Below, piece by piece: positions 28,118 to 36,136 of a stretch of 64,000 nucleotides of DNA. The notes below the pieces were generated by a model. That model saw only the letters and a list, made by a program, of their open reading frames with translations, did not search any database and had not been told where the DNA came from. The stretch's first letter is position 1. Every line of letters begins with the position of its first letter. The position numbers and the translations under genes were made by a program. The stretch is from an uncultured Alphaproteobacteria bacterium (GTDB lineage Bacteria > Pseudomonadota > Alphaproteobacteria > CAAHEQ01 > UBA3637), in assembly GCA_947627155.1 (NCBI GenBank), contig CANQUX010000004.1:22889-86888 (forward strand). The letters are read 5' to 3'.

Positions 28118-28465
28118 ATGAAGCCGGAAATTAAAGTTGATTATAAATCGGTTGATATTGTGCAAAAAGACGGGTCAATGCAACGGTGTCGGTTACCGAT
28201 TTATGTTTTGTCAAATGCACAACAGCTTGAAATTAACACAGCCGAAGAGGCGGCTTTTTTGAGTAGGTCTGTCGGCAATGCTTTAGAAATAAAATTAAAT
28301 CAACTTACAAATGAGGAAGCGATTGCCGAAAAAAGAAAACTTTTGGCTTGGATTGATAAAAAGGCAAAAAAACATCCGGCAGAAGTTGTTATGGAAACGC
28401 GCACTTTTGCCGATAATTTCCAATCGCTGGAACCGCTTGTAAAACTGGGTTTTGATAGAGATTAA
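28118..28465 (+). CDS. Hypothetical protein; probably the N-terminal fragment of an interrupted HD-domain gene.
   Basis: The 115 aa ORF ends at TAA 28463-28465. It is in the same frame as the ORF beginning 28478, which carries the HD motif. Confidence 0.4.
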   Translation: MKPEIKVDYKSVDIVQKDGSMQRCRLPIYVLSNAQQLEINTAEEAAFLSRSVGNALEIKLNQLTNEEAIAEKRKLLAWIDKKAKKHPAEVVMETRTFADNFQSLEPLVKLGFDRD

Positions 28466-28477
28466 GTCACGCAGGAT

Positions 28478-29227
28478 TTGTTGATTATTGCGCACTTGCA
28501 TGATATCGGCCGGCTCGGAGAAGTTGATTTGTTATCGGGAAAGCTTGTTGACCTGGCAGCCGTTTACGGCAAAGGATATAATCATGCTTTTGAAAGCGGT
28601 GTCCTTTTGGAAAGAATGGGCTATACAAGAGAGGAAATTATATTGCCCGTTCAATATCACGGTGTTTTAAATTTTGAAGAGAGTTTAAATCAAGATTTTC
28701 GGTTTCAAAAACTCTCCGATAAAGAAAAAGAACGTGTTTTGTTTTACGGGTATGTTATTCGCGATACGGATCGGTTGGCAAATTGGTCGGAAAAACGCGT
28801 GACCGGCATTAAAGGATGCAGTGAAGAACATAATCCGCAATATTCGCGTGATTATAACACGACCGATAGTCTGTTGCAGGCTGTGGCAACCGGTGAAATA
28901 TGTGATTCTCGCTTGGCACAAACCTATGCCGATGCGATTTTACGATGGATATCTTGGGCTGATCAAATGCATTTTCCGTCAATGAAAATACAATCAAATG
29001 CGGCCGTTCATGATTTGTGGGACAGATATTTTGAAGAAATTGAAGTCGCTTGGAGGCAAACACCGCCTCAAAAGCGCGATGCCCAAAAATATGCCGAGGT
29101 GCTGACAAAATCAATATCGGCAAAAAATGCCCTGATGAAGCGGTTAAATCCCTTTTATGAAGCGCCGGCCGATGAAAATGAACGTATTCAAGCAAAAATA
29201 AAAGCTTTAATTGAGTTGCGACAATAA
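28478..29227 (+). CDS. HD-domain phosphohydrolase-like protein (C-terminal part). It has no ATG start and is in frame with the upstream ORF.
   Basis: 'LLIIAHLHDIGRL' matches HD motif II ('LAALLHDIGK'). The expected motif I should lie upstream of the TAA. The only available starts are TTG codons. Confidence 0.45.
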   Translation: MLIIAHLHDIGRLGEVDLLSGKLVDLAAVYGKGYNHAFESGVLLERMGYTREEIILPVQYHGVLNFEESLNQDFRFQKLSDKEKERVLFYGYVIRDTDRLANWSEKRVTGIKGCSEEHNPQYSRDYNTTDSLLQAVATGEICDSRLAQTYADAILRWISWADQMHFPSMKIQSNAAVHDLWDRYFEEIEVAWRQTPPQKRDAQKYAEVLTKSISAKNALMKRLNPFYEAPADENERIQAKIKALIELRQ

Positions 29228-29366
29228 AAAACCGTATTTGATTTTGATAAACCGGCAGAGAGAATCGGAAGTAAAAAAAACAACAGGCAGGGCGGAAACT
29301 CAAGAAAAACCGCTCTGCCCGCCGTTCTTTGCTTTAAAAAATGCACTTTTTAAAGCAAATAAGAGG

Positions 29367-29807
29367 TTAGCTTTGTTTGAATTCAACAGCGCTCATTTTT
29401 GCAGAGGCGCATCCGTCATTTTTACCCAAAATGCTGGCACCGGCTTTGCAAACGGCATCTGTCGGAAATTCAATATCTAATTTTACAATACCTTTTTTCA
29501 AATCTTCTTCTGAAGAAGAGGTATAAGTAATTTTAGCGCCACCGGGGGTTGTACTGCTGCCGGAATTAATTAAACCGGAACTGGCTAACGTGGGGGTTGA
29601 CCAATTATTGCCCATGGCGCTCGCCGTTTGATAGCTGGAATAAATAACCACGGCAAATTTATTGGCCATATCCAGTGCTTCATTGGCGCGATAACGATTC
29701 ATTGCCATGGAATAACCGGCAATACCGCCAATGGATAAAACGCCGATAATGGCTAAAACGCCCAGCATTTCAACCATTGACCGGCCTGATTCGTTTGTTC
29801 TTTTCAT
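29367..29807 (-). CDS. Type IV pilin, major-pilin-like (PilS-like).
   Basis: Leader 'MKRTNESG|RSMVEMLGVLAIIGVLSIGGIAGY' with Glu at +5. The C-terminus 'CKAGASILGKNDGC' is a disulfide-bonded D-region pair. 146 aa. An AAGGA RBS lies before the second ATG; the alternative start is 29822. Confidence 0.7.
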   Translation of the reverse strand: MKRTNESGRSMVEMLGVLAIIGVLSIGGIAGYSMAMNRYRANEALDMANKFAVVIYSSYQTASAMGNNWSTPTLASSGLINSGSSTTPGGAKITYTSSSEEDLKKGIVKLDIEFPTDAVCKAGASILGKNDGCASAKMSAVEFKQS

Positions 29808-29920
29808 TTTTTGTCCTTTCATTTATGTTGTTTTTTAAGCTCCCCGAGCCAAAAAACGTTTATTTTTAAGGCATTATTGCCTTATTTTCCCTATCGAGAG
29901 ATTTTTTTCTCTCATTTATG

Positions 29921-29950
29921 AGTATAAAATAAACGTCCCTTTAATTCACC
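29921..29950 (-). promoter_or_regulatory. Proximal conserved box upstream of the PilS-like pilin gene.
   Basis: On the minus strand it reads GGTGAATTAAAGGGACGTTTATTTTATACT. This is related to the TTGCATTAAAGGTACGTTTAATT(G)TATACT box of the two adhesin genes. Confidence 0.35.
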
Positions 29951-30072
29951 GTTTTTTTAGACAACTTTCCTTAAAAACAAGGGTTGAACCAGAAAAGCAA
30001 AAACTCAATAAAAATCAAAAAATTATGAAAAAAACAAAAAAAATGAAAAAAAGATAAAAAAATTAAAAAAAA

Positions 30073-30102
30073 GTGTTGCAAAAAACGGACGTTTAATGCA
30101 AC
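30073..30102. promoter_or_regulatory. Nested-palindrome operator-like site upstream of the PilS-like pilin gene.
   Basis: GTGTTGCA, then aaa, then AAACGGACGTTT, then aa, then TGCAAC. It lies ~270 nt 5' of the start codon and has the same architecture as 26443-26478. Confidence 0.45.
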
Positions 30103-30185
30103 GCCGAATATTGTTGTTTTTCAATGGGTTAAATGAATAAAAGCTGCTTTTTGACACGGAAAAGTGTTTTTTTAACCAATTGATT

Positions 30186-31046
30186 TTATTGCTTTTTCTT
30201 AAAATCCAATGCAACGGAGTTAATGCAATACCGATTGCCGGTTGCAGTCGGCCCGTCGGGGAAAAGATGCCCCAAATGACTGCCGCACCGCGCGCAAACA
30301 ACTTCGTTCCGAATCATAAAATGCGATAAATCAAGCTTTGTATGAACGGCTTGGGGCAGGGCTTTGTCAAAACTCGGCCAGCCGCAGGACGAATCGAATT
30401 TCGAATCGGCATCGAACAGCGGCTGTCCGCAAGCACCGCAGAAATATGTGCCGTTTTCATTAAAAACGGTATATTTGCCGGAAAACGGCCGCTCCGTTCC
30501 TTTTTGACGCATTACCTCATAGCGCGCGGGCGTCATTTTGGCGCGATAATAAGCTTCTTTGTCAAAGGCGTTTGTGTCATGAAAACAGCTTGTTTGCCCT
30601 TGTTTTTCAAAATATTTTTGATGATATTCCTCCGCCGGATAAAAAACACCCGCTTTTTCAAGCGTTGTCACAATGGGATTTTTAAAAAACGGCTGATATT
30701 CTTTTATTTTTTCCTCCGCCGCCTGTTTTTGCGACTCGTTCAAATAAAAAACGGCCGATCGATATTGCGTGCCTCTGTCAACGCCCTGACGATTTTTCGT
30801 TGTGGGATTATGCGATTGAAAAAACACGTCCAACAATTCGTTAAAGCTGATTTTTTCGGAATCGAACGTTATTTTTAACGCTTCGGCATGACCCGTTAAA
30901 TCAGTGCAAACATCGGCATAAGTCGGATTTTGTGTTGTGCCGCCGATGTAGCCGACTTCGGTTTTCATAACGCCCGGCAATGAATCAAAAACAGATTGCA
31001 CGCCCCAAAAACAGCCGCCTGCTAAAATAGCAGATTCTTGTATCAT
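30186..31046 (-). CDS. msrAB: Bifunctional peptide methionine sulfoxide reductase MsrA-MsrB.
   Basis: MsrA 'GGCFWGVQ' at the N-terminus. MsrB 'CGWPSF' plus 'RCGSHLGHLF' and the zinc CxxC pairs at the C-terminus. RBS AAAGGGGGG before the ATG at 31046. Confidence 0.85.
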   Translation of the reverse strand: MIQESAILAGGCFWGVQSVFDSLPGVMKTEVGYIGGTTQNPTYADVCTDLTGHAEALKITFDSEKISFNELLDVFFQSHNPTTKNRQGVDRGTQYRSAVFYLNESQKQAAEEKIKEYQPFFKNPIVTTLEKAGVFYPAEEYHQKYFEKQGQTSCFHDTNAFDKEAYYRAKMTPARYEVMRQKGTERPFSGKYTVFNENGTYFCGACGQPLFDADSKFDSSCGWPSFDKALPQAVHTKLDLSHFMIRNEVVCARCGSHLGHLFPDGPTATGNRYCINSVALDFKKKQ

Positions 31047-31060
31047 TTTTCCCCCCTTTG

Positions 31061-31384
31061 TTATCGACGCCATTGCCAACGCTTTAAATCAACGCGATAA
31101 TCTTTTGAAACAATAACGTTTTCATTGGTTAACAGTTGCTTTTGCCGTTCAATTCCTTCAAACCCGAAATGCTTTGCCAATCCGCCCTTGCCGTTTACAA
31201 CACGGTGACACGGCGTTGTTACGGGGTAGGGGTTGTTGTGCAATGCGTTTCCGACGGCACGCGCGGCTCGCGGCTGCCCGATCAGGCGGGCTATTTGCCC
31301 GTAAGTTGCCACACGTCCTTTGGGAATTTGCTTTGTAACCAAATAAACCCGCTCGGCAAACGATTTTTCAAACGCATTATCCAT
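31061..31384 (-). CDS. ogt: Methylated-DNA--protein-cysteine methyltransferase (Ogt family, short form).
   Basis: Active-site 'TPCHRVV'. Helix-turn-wing 'ATYGQIARLIGQPRAARAVG'. About 108 aa with the start chosen at MDNAF. Confidence 0.65.
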   Translation of the reverse strand: MDNAFEKSFAERVYLVTKQIPKGRVATYGQIARLIGQPRAARAVGNALHNNPYPVTTPCHRVVNGKGGLAKHFGFEGIERQKQLLTNENVIVSKDYRVDLKRWQWRR

Positions 31385-31429
31385 ACGTTCCGGTTTAACA
31401 CCGATGAACGCAAAAAGCAAGCGTTAATT

Positions 31430-31726
31430 TTATTGATTGATGTTTTCAATTGTTTCTTCTTCCCCGTGTCGGTATTCTGCCGCATCTTCGGGCGAGAGAA
31501 TCGCCAACAATTTATATAAACCGCCGACGTGGTGTTTTTCATCTTCGGCAATTTCCGCCAAAACGTTTTTAACGCCTTCATTATCGGTGCTTTCCATAAT
31601 TTGCTGATATAATTGTATGGCTTCAAACTCCGAGGCAAGCGCAAATTTAACGGCGCGCAGCGTTTCAACCGCATTTAATTTTTTCGGCGGCGTGTAAACA
31701 GAGTTGATGTTTGTAAAATCAGGCAT
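31430..31726 (-). CDS. Small ferritin-like/rubrerythrin-like diiron protein.
   Basis: RBS AAAAGGAGGA. 'EFEAIQLYQQI' and 'EDEKHHVGGLYKLL' (an E...ExxH ligand pattern). 98 aa. Confidence 0.4.
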   Translation of the reverse strand: MPDFTNINSVYTPPKKLNAVETLRAVKFALASEFEAIQLYQQIMESTDNEGVKNVLAEIAEDEKHHVGGLYKLLAILSPEDAAEYRHGEEETIENINQ

Positions 31727-31949
31727 AATTTCCTCCTTTTGTGTTGTGTTGAACAGTAAAAAAATAAGTTTTGTATCGGTTTTACGCAATGCGTCAAAAG
31801 ACGGTAAGGAAAAAATAGAATTTTTGGGAATGTTTTTCCTTAAAAAATAAAAAAAATGAAATTTATAAAAAAAAAGGGTTGAAAAAAGAAAAGGAATGTG
31901 TTAATGTTTTACTTGTGTTAATTTTTATGTGTCCGAAAAGGAGTTTACT

Positions 31950-32234
31950 ATGAAAAAATTTTTAGCTTTGGCGCTTGTTTGCTCCGTTGTCAGCGGTTGT
32001 AGCTATTTGGGAGCGCCGGAATCTTATACGGTTGTTGATGAAAACATTACGCAGGAAGCACCGGCAACACCGGTTGTTGCCCCGGCTCCGGTAACGGCTT
32101 TGCCGTGCGGTGGTGTTTATTGTGCTGCGCGCGCCCCGAGATGCGGTTGTGCTCATGCACCGTGCCAAACGAATCCGGGTGTTGCCGGTCCGTTAATGGT
32201 TACCATTCCGGTACAATCCGTTTGGGTTCAATAA
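31950..32234 (+). CDS. Small Cys-rich lipoprotein.
   Basis: RBS AAAGGAG, then ATG at 31950. 'MKKFLALALVCSVVSGC' with a lipobox. The C-terminus is 'CGGVYCAARAPRCGCAHAPC'. Confidence 0.5.
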   Translation: MKKFLALALVCSVVSGCSYLGAPESYTVVDENITQEAPATPVVAPAPVTALPCGGVYCAARAPRCGCAHAPCQTNPGVAGPLMVTIPVQSVWVQ

Positions 32235-32258
32235 TTTTTTTAATTGCAAAAACAAAAA

Positions 32259-32288
32259 ACCCGTTGAAGGTATCAGCGGGTTTTTTTA
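32259..32288 (+). terminator. Intrinsic terminator.
   Basis: Stem ACCCGTTGA/TCAGCGGGT (9 bp with one G-U pair), loop AGGTA, then TTTTTTT. Confidence 0.65.
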
Positions 32289-32398
32289 TTATTTTTTTTA
32301 ATCAGGTAATCATATTTTTTTGCAGAAAAGAATTGACTTATTCTAAAATAATGGTAAAATAAGTACATATCGTACAATCGTATGCATAAGGAAGAGCA

Positions 32399-33067
32399 AT
32401 GGCCGAAATAAATGAAAAAAATTTGAAGCAATCAGAAAGAATGATTTCCTGTCGGCTGAAACTCGGTTGTCGCGATGCCATGGATTTTTATAAAAAATTC
32501 AGTCAGAACGGTTTATTGTTTTCTTATCCGAAATATCAAAAGCATGAAAGCGGTGAGCGTCGGCTGAATGAAAAATCAGCCATTACTTATGCTAAAATTT
32601 TTAACGTGGATTGGATGTGGTTACTTTACGGCGAAGTGGAAAAATATGCCGATACGGTTTCCATTGATGTGGTTGATGCCGTTGCCTGTTGCGGAAACGG
32701 ACATGTAAATTTTGAAACGCATATTCTCGGTCAGCAAATGTTAACGGTTTCGGCATTGCATCAAATAACGAGTGTGAATCCGGTGCATATTAAAATTTTA
32801 AAAGTTGTCGGCGACAGTATGGAACCGACCATCAGCAATAATGATTTTGTTTGGGTGGATATTTCCTGTCATACGCCGACGGGTGACGGTATTTATTTGT
32901 TTTGTATCGGGGATATGTTGGTTGTCAAGCGCGTACAAATCAATCCGTTTGATCAATCAGTACAGATTTTATCGGACAATGCAAAATATCAGCCGATTCG
33001 GGCAGAAAATTATCAAACCGTTAAAACGGTAGGGCGTGTGATTTCTTTTACCAAAATGATCGGATAA
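32399..33067 (+). CDS. S24 peptidase-family repressor (LexA/phage CI-like).
   Basis: The C-terminal domain has 'VVGDSMEPTI' (the Ser nucleophile) and 'VVKRV' (the Lys). The N-terminal ~80 aa are HTH-like. There is no adjacent integrase or phage genes. Confidence 0.65.
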   Translation: MAEINEKNLKQSERMISCRLKLGCRDAMDFYKKFSQNGLLFSYPKYQKHESGERRLNEKSAITYAKIFNVDWMWLLYGEVEKYADTVSIDVVDAVACCGNGHVNFETHILGQQMLTVSALHQITSVNPVHIKILKVVGDSMEPTISNNDFVWVDISCHTPTGDGIYLFCIGDMLVVKRVQINPFDQSVQILSDNAKYQPIRAENYQTVKTVGRVISFTKMIG

Positions 33068-33070
33068 CAA

Positions 33071-33871
33071 ATGGATTGGTTACGTCGCTTTATTTTATTA
33101 AGTGTTTATTCGATTGCACCGCCGTTTTATATGATTTGCGCTACCTTTTTGCTTGATGATTACAGCGGGCGAAATAACTTCTTGCAAGAGCATATTTTTC
33201 CTTTTTTAAGCGTAACGATTTGGATTGCCCTTGTTTGTGCTTTCGGAGCCAATCATTTGTGGCGTCGCTATCGGCAAAAACATTTGTTGCCCGGCGAAAA
33301 AGTGAAAGATTATCCGTTGATTTTTGTATTTGTCTATTCCGTTTATTTTTTGCTGATCGGTTGCTTTTTTTGGGGAACGGATTGTTTATATGCGGCGTTC
33401 AGCGGATTATCGGTTGTGCTTTGGGTGCTGATTTTTCATGAAAATATGCGTCGGTGCGTGGAATATTTGCCGGCCGTTGAAAAGTTTTATTTTTATGTGG
33501 TAGCGTTTGTTTATCCGATTTTCATTTTAATGATGAGTGATGCGTTGTCTCTTATTGAAAATACGCCGTGGCATATGACAATTTTACTGTCACCCATTGC
33601 CTATGTACCCGGGGTAACGGTGTTTGCGTGTGCCTGTTTAATGTTAAAAATAGTTTGCCGTATGCGAGATAGTGCCCTCAAAAAAAACGTTTTCGGGTTA
33701 ACGCAGGCTATTTTGTTATTGCTGATCGGTGATGTAAGCGGCTGTCTTTATTTGGTGCCGTATGTCGGGCGCGGTATTTTTCTTGTCGGTTTTGTCATGA
33801 GTTTCAGCGTTTATTTAATTGAGTTATTTTATCATTATAAGCGGCATCAGCGTCTTAAAATGGGAATTTGA
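33071..33871 (+). CDS. Polytopic membrane protein, hypothetical.
   Basis: 266 aa with about 7 hydrophobic segments. 'LDDYSG' is present near the N-terminus and 'LIGDVSG' near the C-terminus. It starts 4 nt after the repressor gene. Confidence 0.45.
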   Translation: MDWLRRFILLSVYSIAPPFYMICATFLLDDYSGRNNFLQEHIFPFLSVTIWIALVCAFGANHLWRRYRQKHLLPGEKVKDYPLIFVFVYSVYFLLIGCFFWGTDCLYAAFSGLSVVLWVLIFHENMRRCVEYLPAVEKFYFYVVAFVYPIFILMMSDALSLIENTPWHMTILLSPIAYVPGVTVFACACLMLKIVCRMRDSALKKNVFGLTQAILLLLIGDVSGCLYLVPYVGRGIFLVGFVMSFSVYLIELFYHYKRHQRLKMGI

Positions 33872-33972
33872 TTATTTTTTTATGCCGATTAGATAAATAA
33901 ATCTTGTTTTTTTCATATTTTACGGATAAAATAACTTAGAATTGTTTTTATAGGGAAAAGGAAAAAAATAAG

Positions 33973-36039
33973 ATGACGGCGTTAATTATGTTTTTTATGG
34001 CCTTTATCATCGCTTTATGGACCGCAGCACGGTTATGGCAGGGGCAAAATTTATCACCTCATTATAAGGCGCTATTTTACACTTTTTTTGTGTTTATATG
34101 GCTTTTGCCGTTAATTTATCGGCAGTTGGGCTTCCAGGTGCCTATTGTTTATACATTTCCGTATCATTTGTTCGGCTTTTTGTTTTTTTGGGCCTATTTG
34201 TTTTTCATTTTTATTTTTATACAAGATGTTTTCTGGGGAATCAGATATATTATTCGTTTTTTGAAAGGCAGTTCAAAACCGTTTCCGTGGAAGCGGGAAG
34301 CGCGTATTAAAAAATCAAATGCAGTGTTGTTGGGGTGTTCATTTGTTTTAGCCCTCTTTGCCTTATATGCGGGGCTGAAAACGCCGGATGTGAAAGAAGT
34401 AAAAATCTATACTTCCAAGCTTCCTTCCAATATAACTATTGTGGCATTAAGCGATTTGCATTTACATCATAATTTATCATTGAAAAAAATTCAGGAAATT
34501 GTGGATAAAGTCAATGCAATTCAACCCGATATGATTGTGTTTTTGGGCGATTTTGCCGATGAGAGAACCAATCATTTACATCAGCAATTGTTTGAATTAT
34601 CCCAGTTAAAGGCGCCGCTCGGAAAATATGCCGTTGCCGGTAATCATGATTTTTATTTGGGGCATGAAGAAGCCAAGGAAGCATTTAAAGAGGCAGAATT
34701 TACCTATTTGTTTAATGAAGGCGTGCAGGTAACGCCGCAACTTTATTTAGCCGGTATTCCCGATTATCGCACCGTTCGACAAATCAGCGATTCGGTTGAT
34801 ATTATTCGGGCGCTTTCATCGGCGCAACCGAGTGATTATAAAATATTATTATCGCATCGGCCGAAGTTAATCGATACGTTGGTTCCCAAGCAAATTGATT
34901 TGCAATTGTCGGGGCATACGCATGGCGGGCAAGTGTTTCCGCATCACTTTATGGTTAAATTGTTTAATAAATATTTATCCGGCTTGTATCAAACACGGCA
35001 CGGAAAGTTATATGTAACGTCGGGAGCGGGGCAATGGGGCGCGCAAATGCGTTTGTTTGCGCCGTCTGAAATTACGGTCATACGGCTGATTGCCGAGGCA
35101 CATGATGTGTTGCCGGGAAATCATCAAAAACGAACAGAAACAGCAATGAAAGAAAACGGATTGGCTGTTAAGGCTATGTCCGAAAAAGAAGCTGTTGTTC
35201 CGAATAAAAAAACGAATAAGAAAAGATCGGCTTTAATGCCGATTGTCGGTAAGGTTTTAAAGAAAAATGTTTCTGTCGAAAAGAAAACCGATAACGAAAA
35301 AACAGTGACGGAAGAAAAGGGCAATTCCGAAGAAAAAACCGATGTAAAAACCGAAGAAGTGAAAACGCCGTCGGAAAATCAGGCAAAAGCCCTGACAAAA
35401 CCGGTGGAAGCCTCTGCAATAACAGAGCAAACGTTCTCGGAAAAAACGCTTTCAAAAGAGCCTGTTCAAACAATGAAAGCGGAAGAGAGCGAGAATCCGT
35501 TTGAAAATATTTCGAAAGATATCGATTCGTTAATTGCGTCCATTCAGCCGCGGCAAACGACCGATTCGGAATTTGATGATATAACGGATTCGGAAACAAA
35601 CGATGATATTGATGAAACAACAGATGAAAATGAGCCTGATGAAACGCTGACGAATGAAATATCGCCGGAAGATGCAGGGTCAGAAGAAATTCCCTTTTAT
35701 AAAGAAGAATTGTATATTGAGGTATTAAAGAAAGGCGGGCAAATTTCAAGCGTCCGAGTTTATAATGCCAATCATGATTTAATTGCCGATACCACTTTAC
35801 GCGAAGGTACAAGTGTTTTAACGCACACGCTGCATAACACGGACGGGTCGGTTGAAACGCATGAAACCATTATGCACGTTCGCGCCATGCCGGATAGGCA
35901 TGTAACCAAAGAAACAACGCAGGTTTTTGAAAAGAAAAGGCCGCAAATAAAACATTTTATTCCGATTGTTGAAGAGCCTGTAAAGCCGGCATTTTCGCCG
36001 ACGGAAGATGCTTTGCCGTCTTCGGTGAATAATAAATAG
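33973..36039 (+). CDS. Membrane-anchored metallophosphoesterase (calcineurin-like) with a long acidic C-terminal tail.
   Basis: Four N-terminal TM segments. Metallophosphoesterase motifs 'ALSDLHLHH', 'FLGDFADE', 'AGNHD' and 'GHTHGGQ'. The tail after residue ~380 is E/D/K/T-rich. Confidence 0.75.
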   Translation: MTALIMFFMAFIIALWTAARLWQGQNLSPHYKALFYTFFVFIWLLPLIYRQLGFQVPIVYTFPYHLFGFLFFWAYLFFIFIFIQDVFWGIRYIIRFLKGSSKPFPWKREARIKKSNAVLLGCSFVLALFALYAGLKTPDVKEVKIYTSKLPSNITIVALSDLHLHHNLSLKKIQEIVDKVNAIQPDMIVFLGDFADERTNHLHQQLFELSQLKAPLGKYAVAGNHDFYLGHEEAKEAFKEAEFTYLFNEGVQVTPQLYLAGIPDYRTVRQISDSVDIIRALSSAQPSDYKILLSHRPKLIDTLVPKQIDLQLSGHTHGGQVFPHHFMVKLFNKYLSGLYQTRHGKLYVTSGAGQWGAQMRLFAPSEITVIRLIAEAHDVLPGNHQKRTETAMKENGLAVKAMSEKEAVVPNKKTNKKRSALMPIVGKVLKKNVSVEKKTDNEKTVTEEKGNSEEKTDVKTEEVKTPSENQAKALTKPVEASAITEQTFSEKTLSKEPVQTMKAEESENPFENISKDIDSLIASIQPRQTTDSEFDDITDSETNDDIDETTDENEPDETLTNEISPEDAGSEEIPFYKEELYIEVLKKGGQISSVRVYNANHDLIADTTLREGTSVLTHTLHNTDGSVETHETIMHVRAMPDRHVTKETTQVFEKKRPQIKHFIPIVEEPVKPAFSPTEDALPSSVNNK

Positions 36040-36136
36040 GGTTTAAAATTCAAATATCACGAGTAATTGTATCAGGCGGAAAAGAATGCATAAAAAAGCA
36101 CCGGTGAAAAAATTTTCATCGATGCTTTTTTCATAT

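Noticed and set aside
32399-33067. Prophage or integrative element inferred from the CI/LexA-like S24 repressor.
   Set aside because: There is no integrase, no terminase, no capsid or tail genes and no att-like flanking repeats within 10 kb. It is an orphan regulator rather than a prophage.
35174-35812. 212 aa minus-strand ORF inside the metallophosphoesterase tail region.
   Set aside because: It is antisense to the acidic tail of a motif-supported gene and has no start context.
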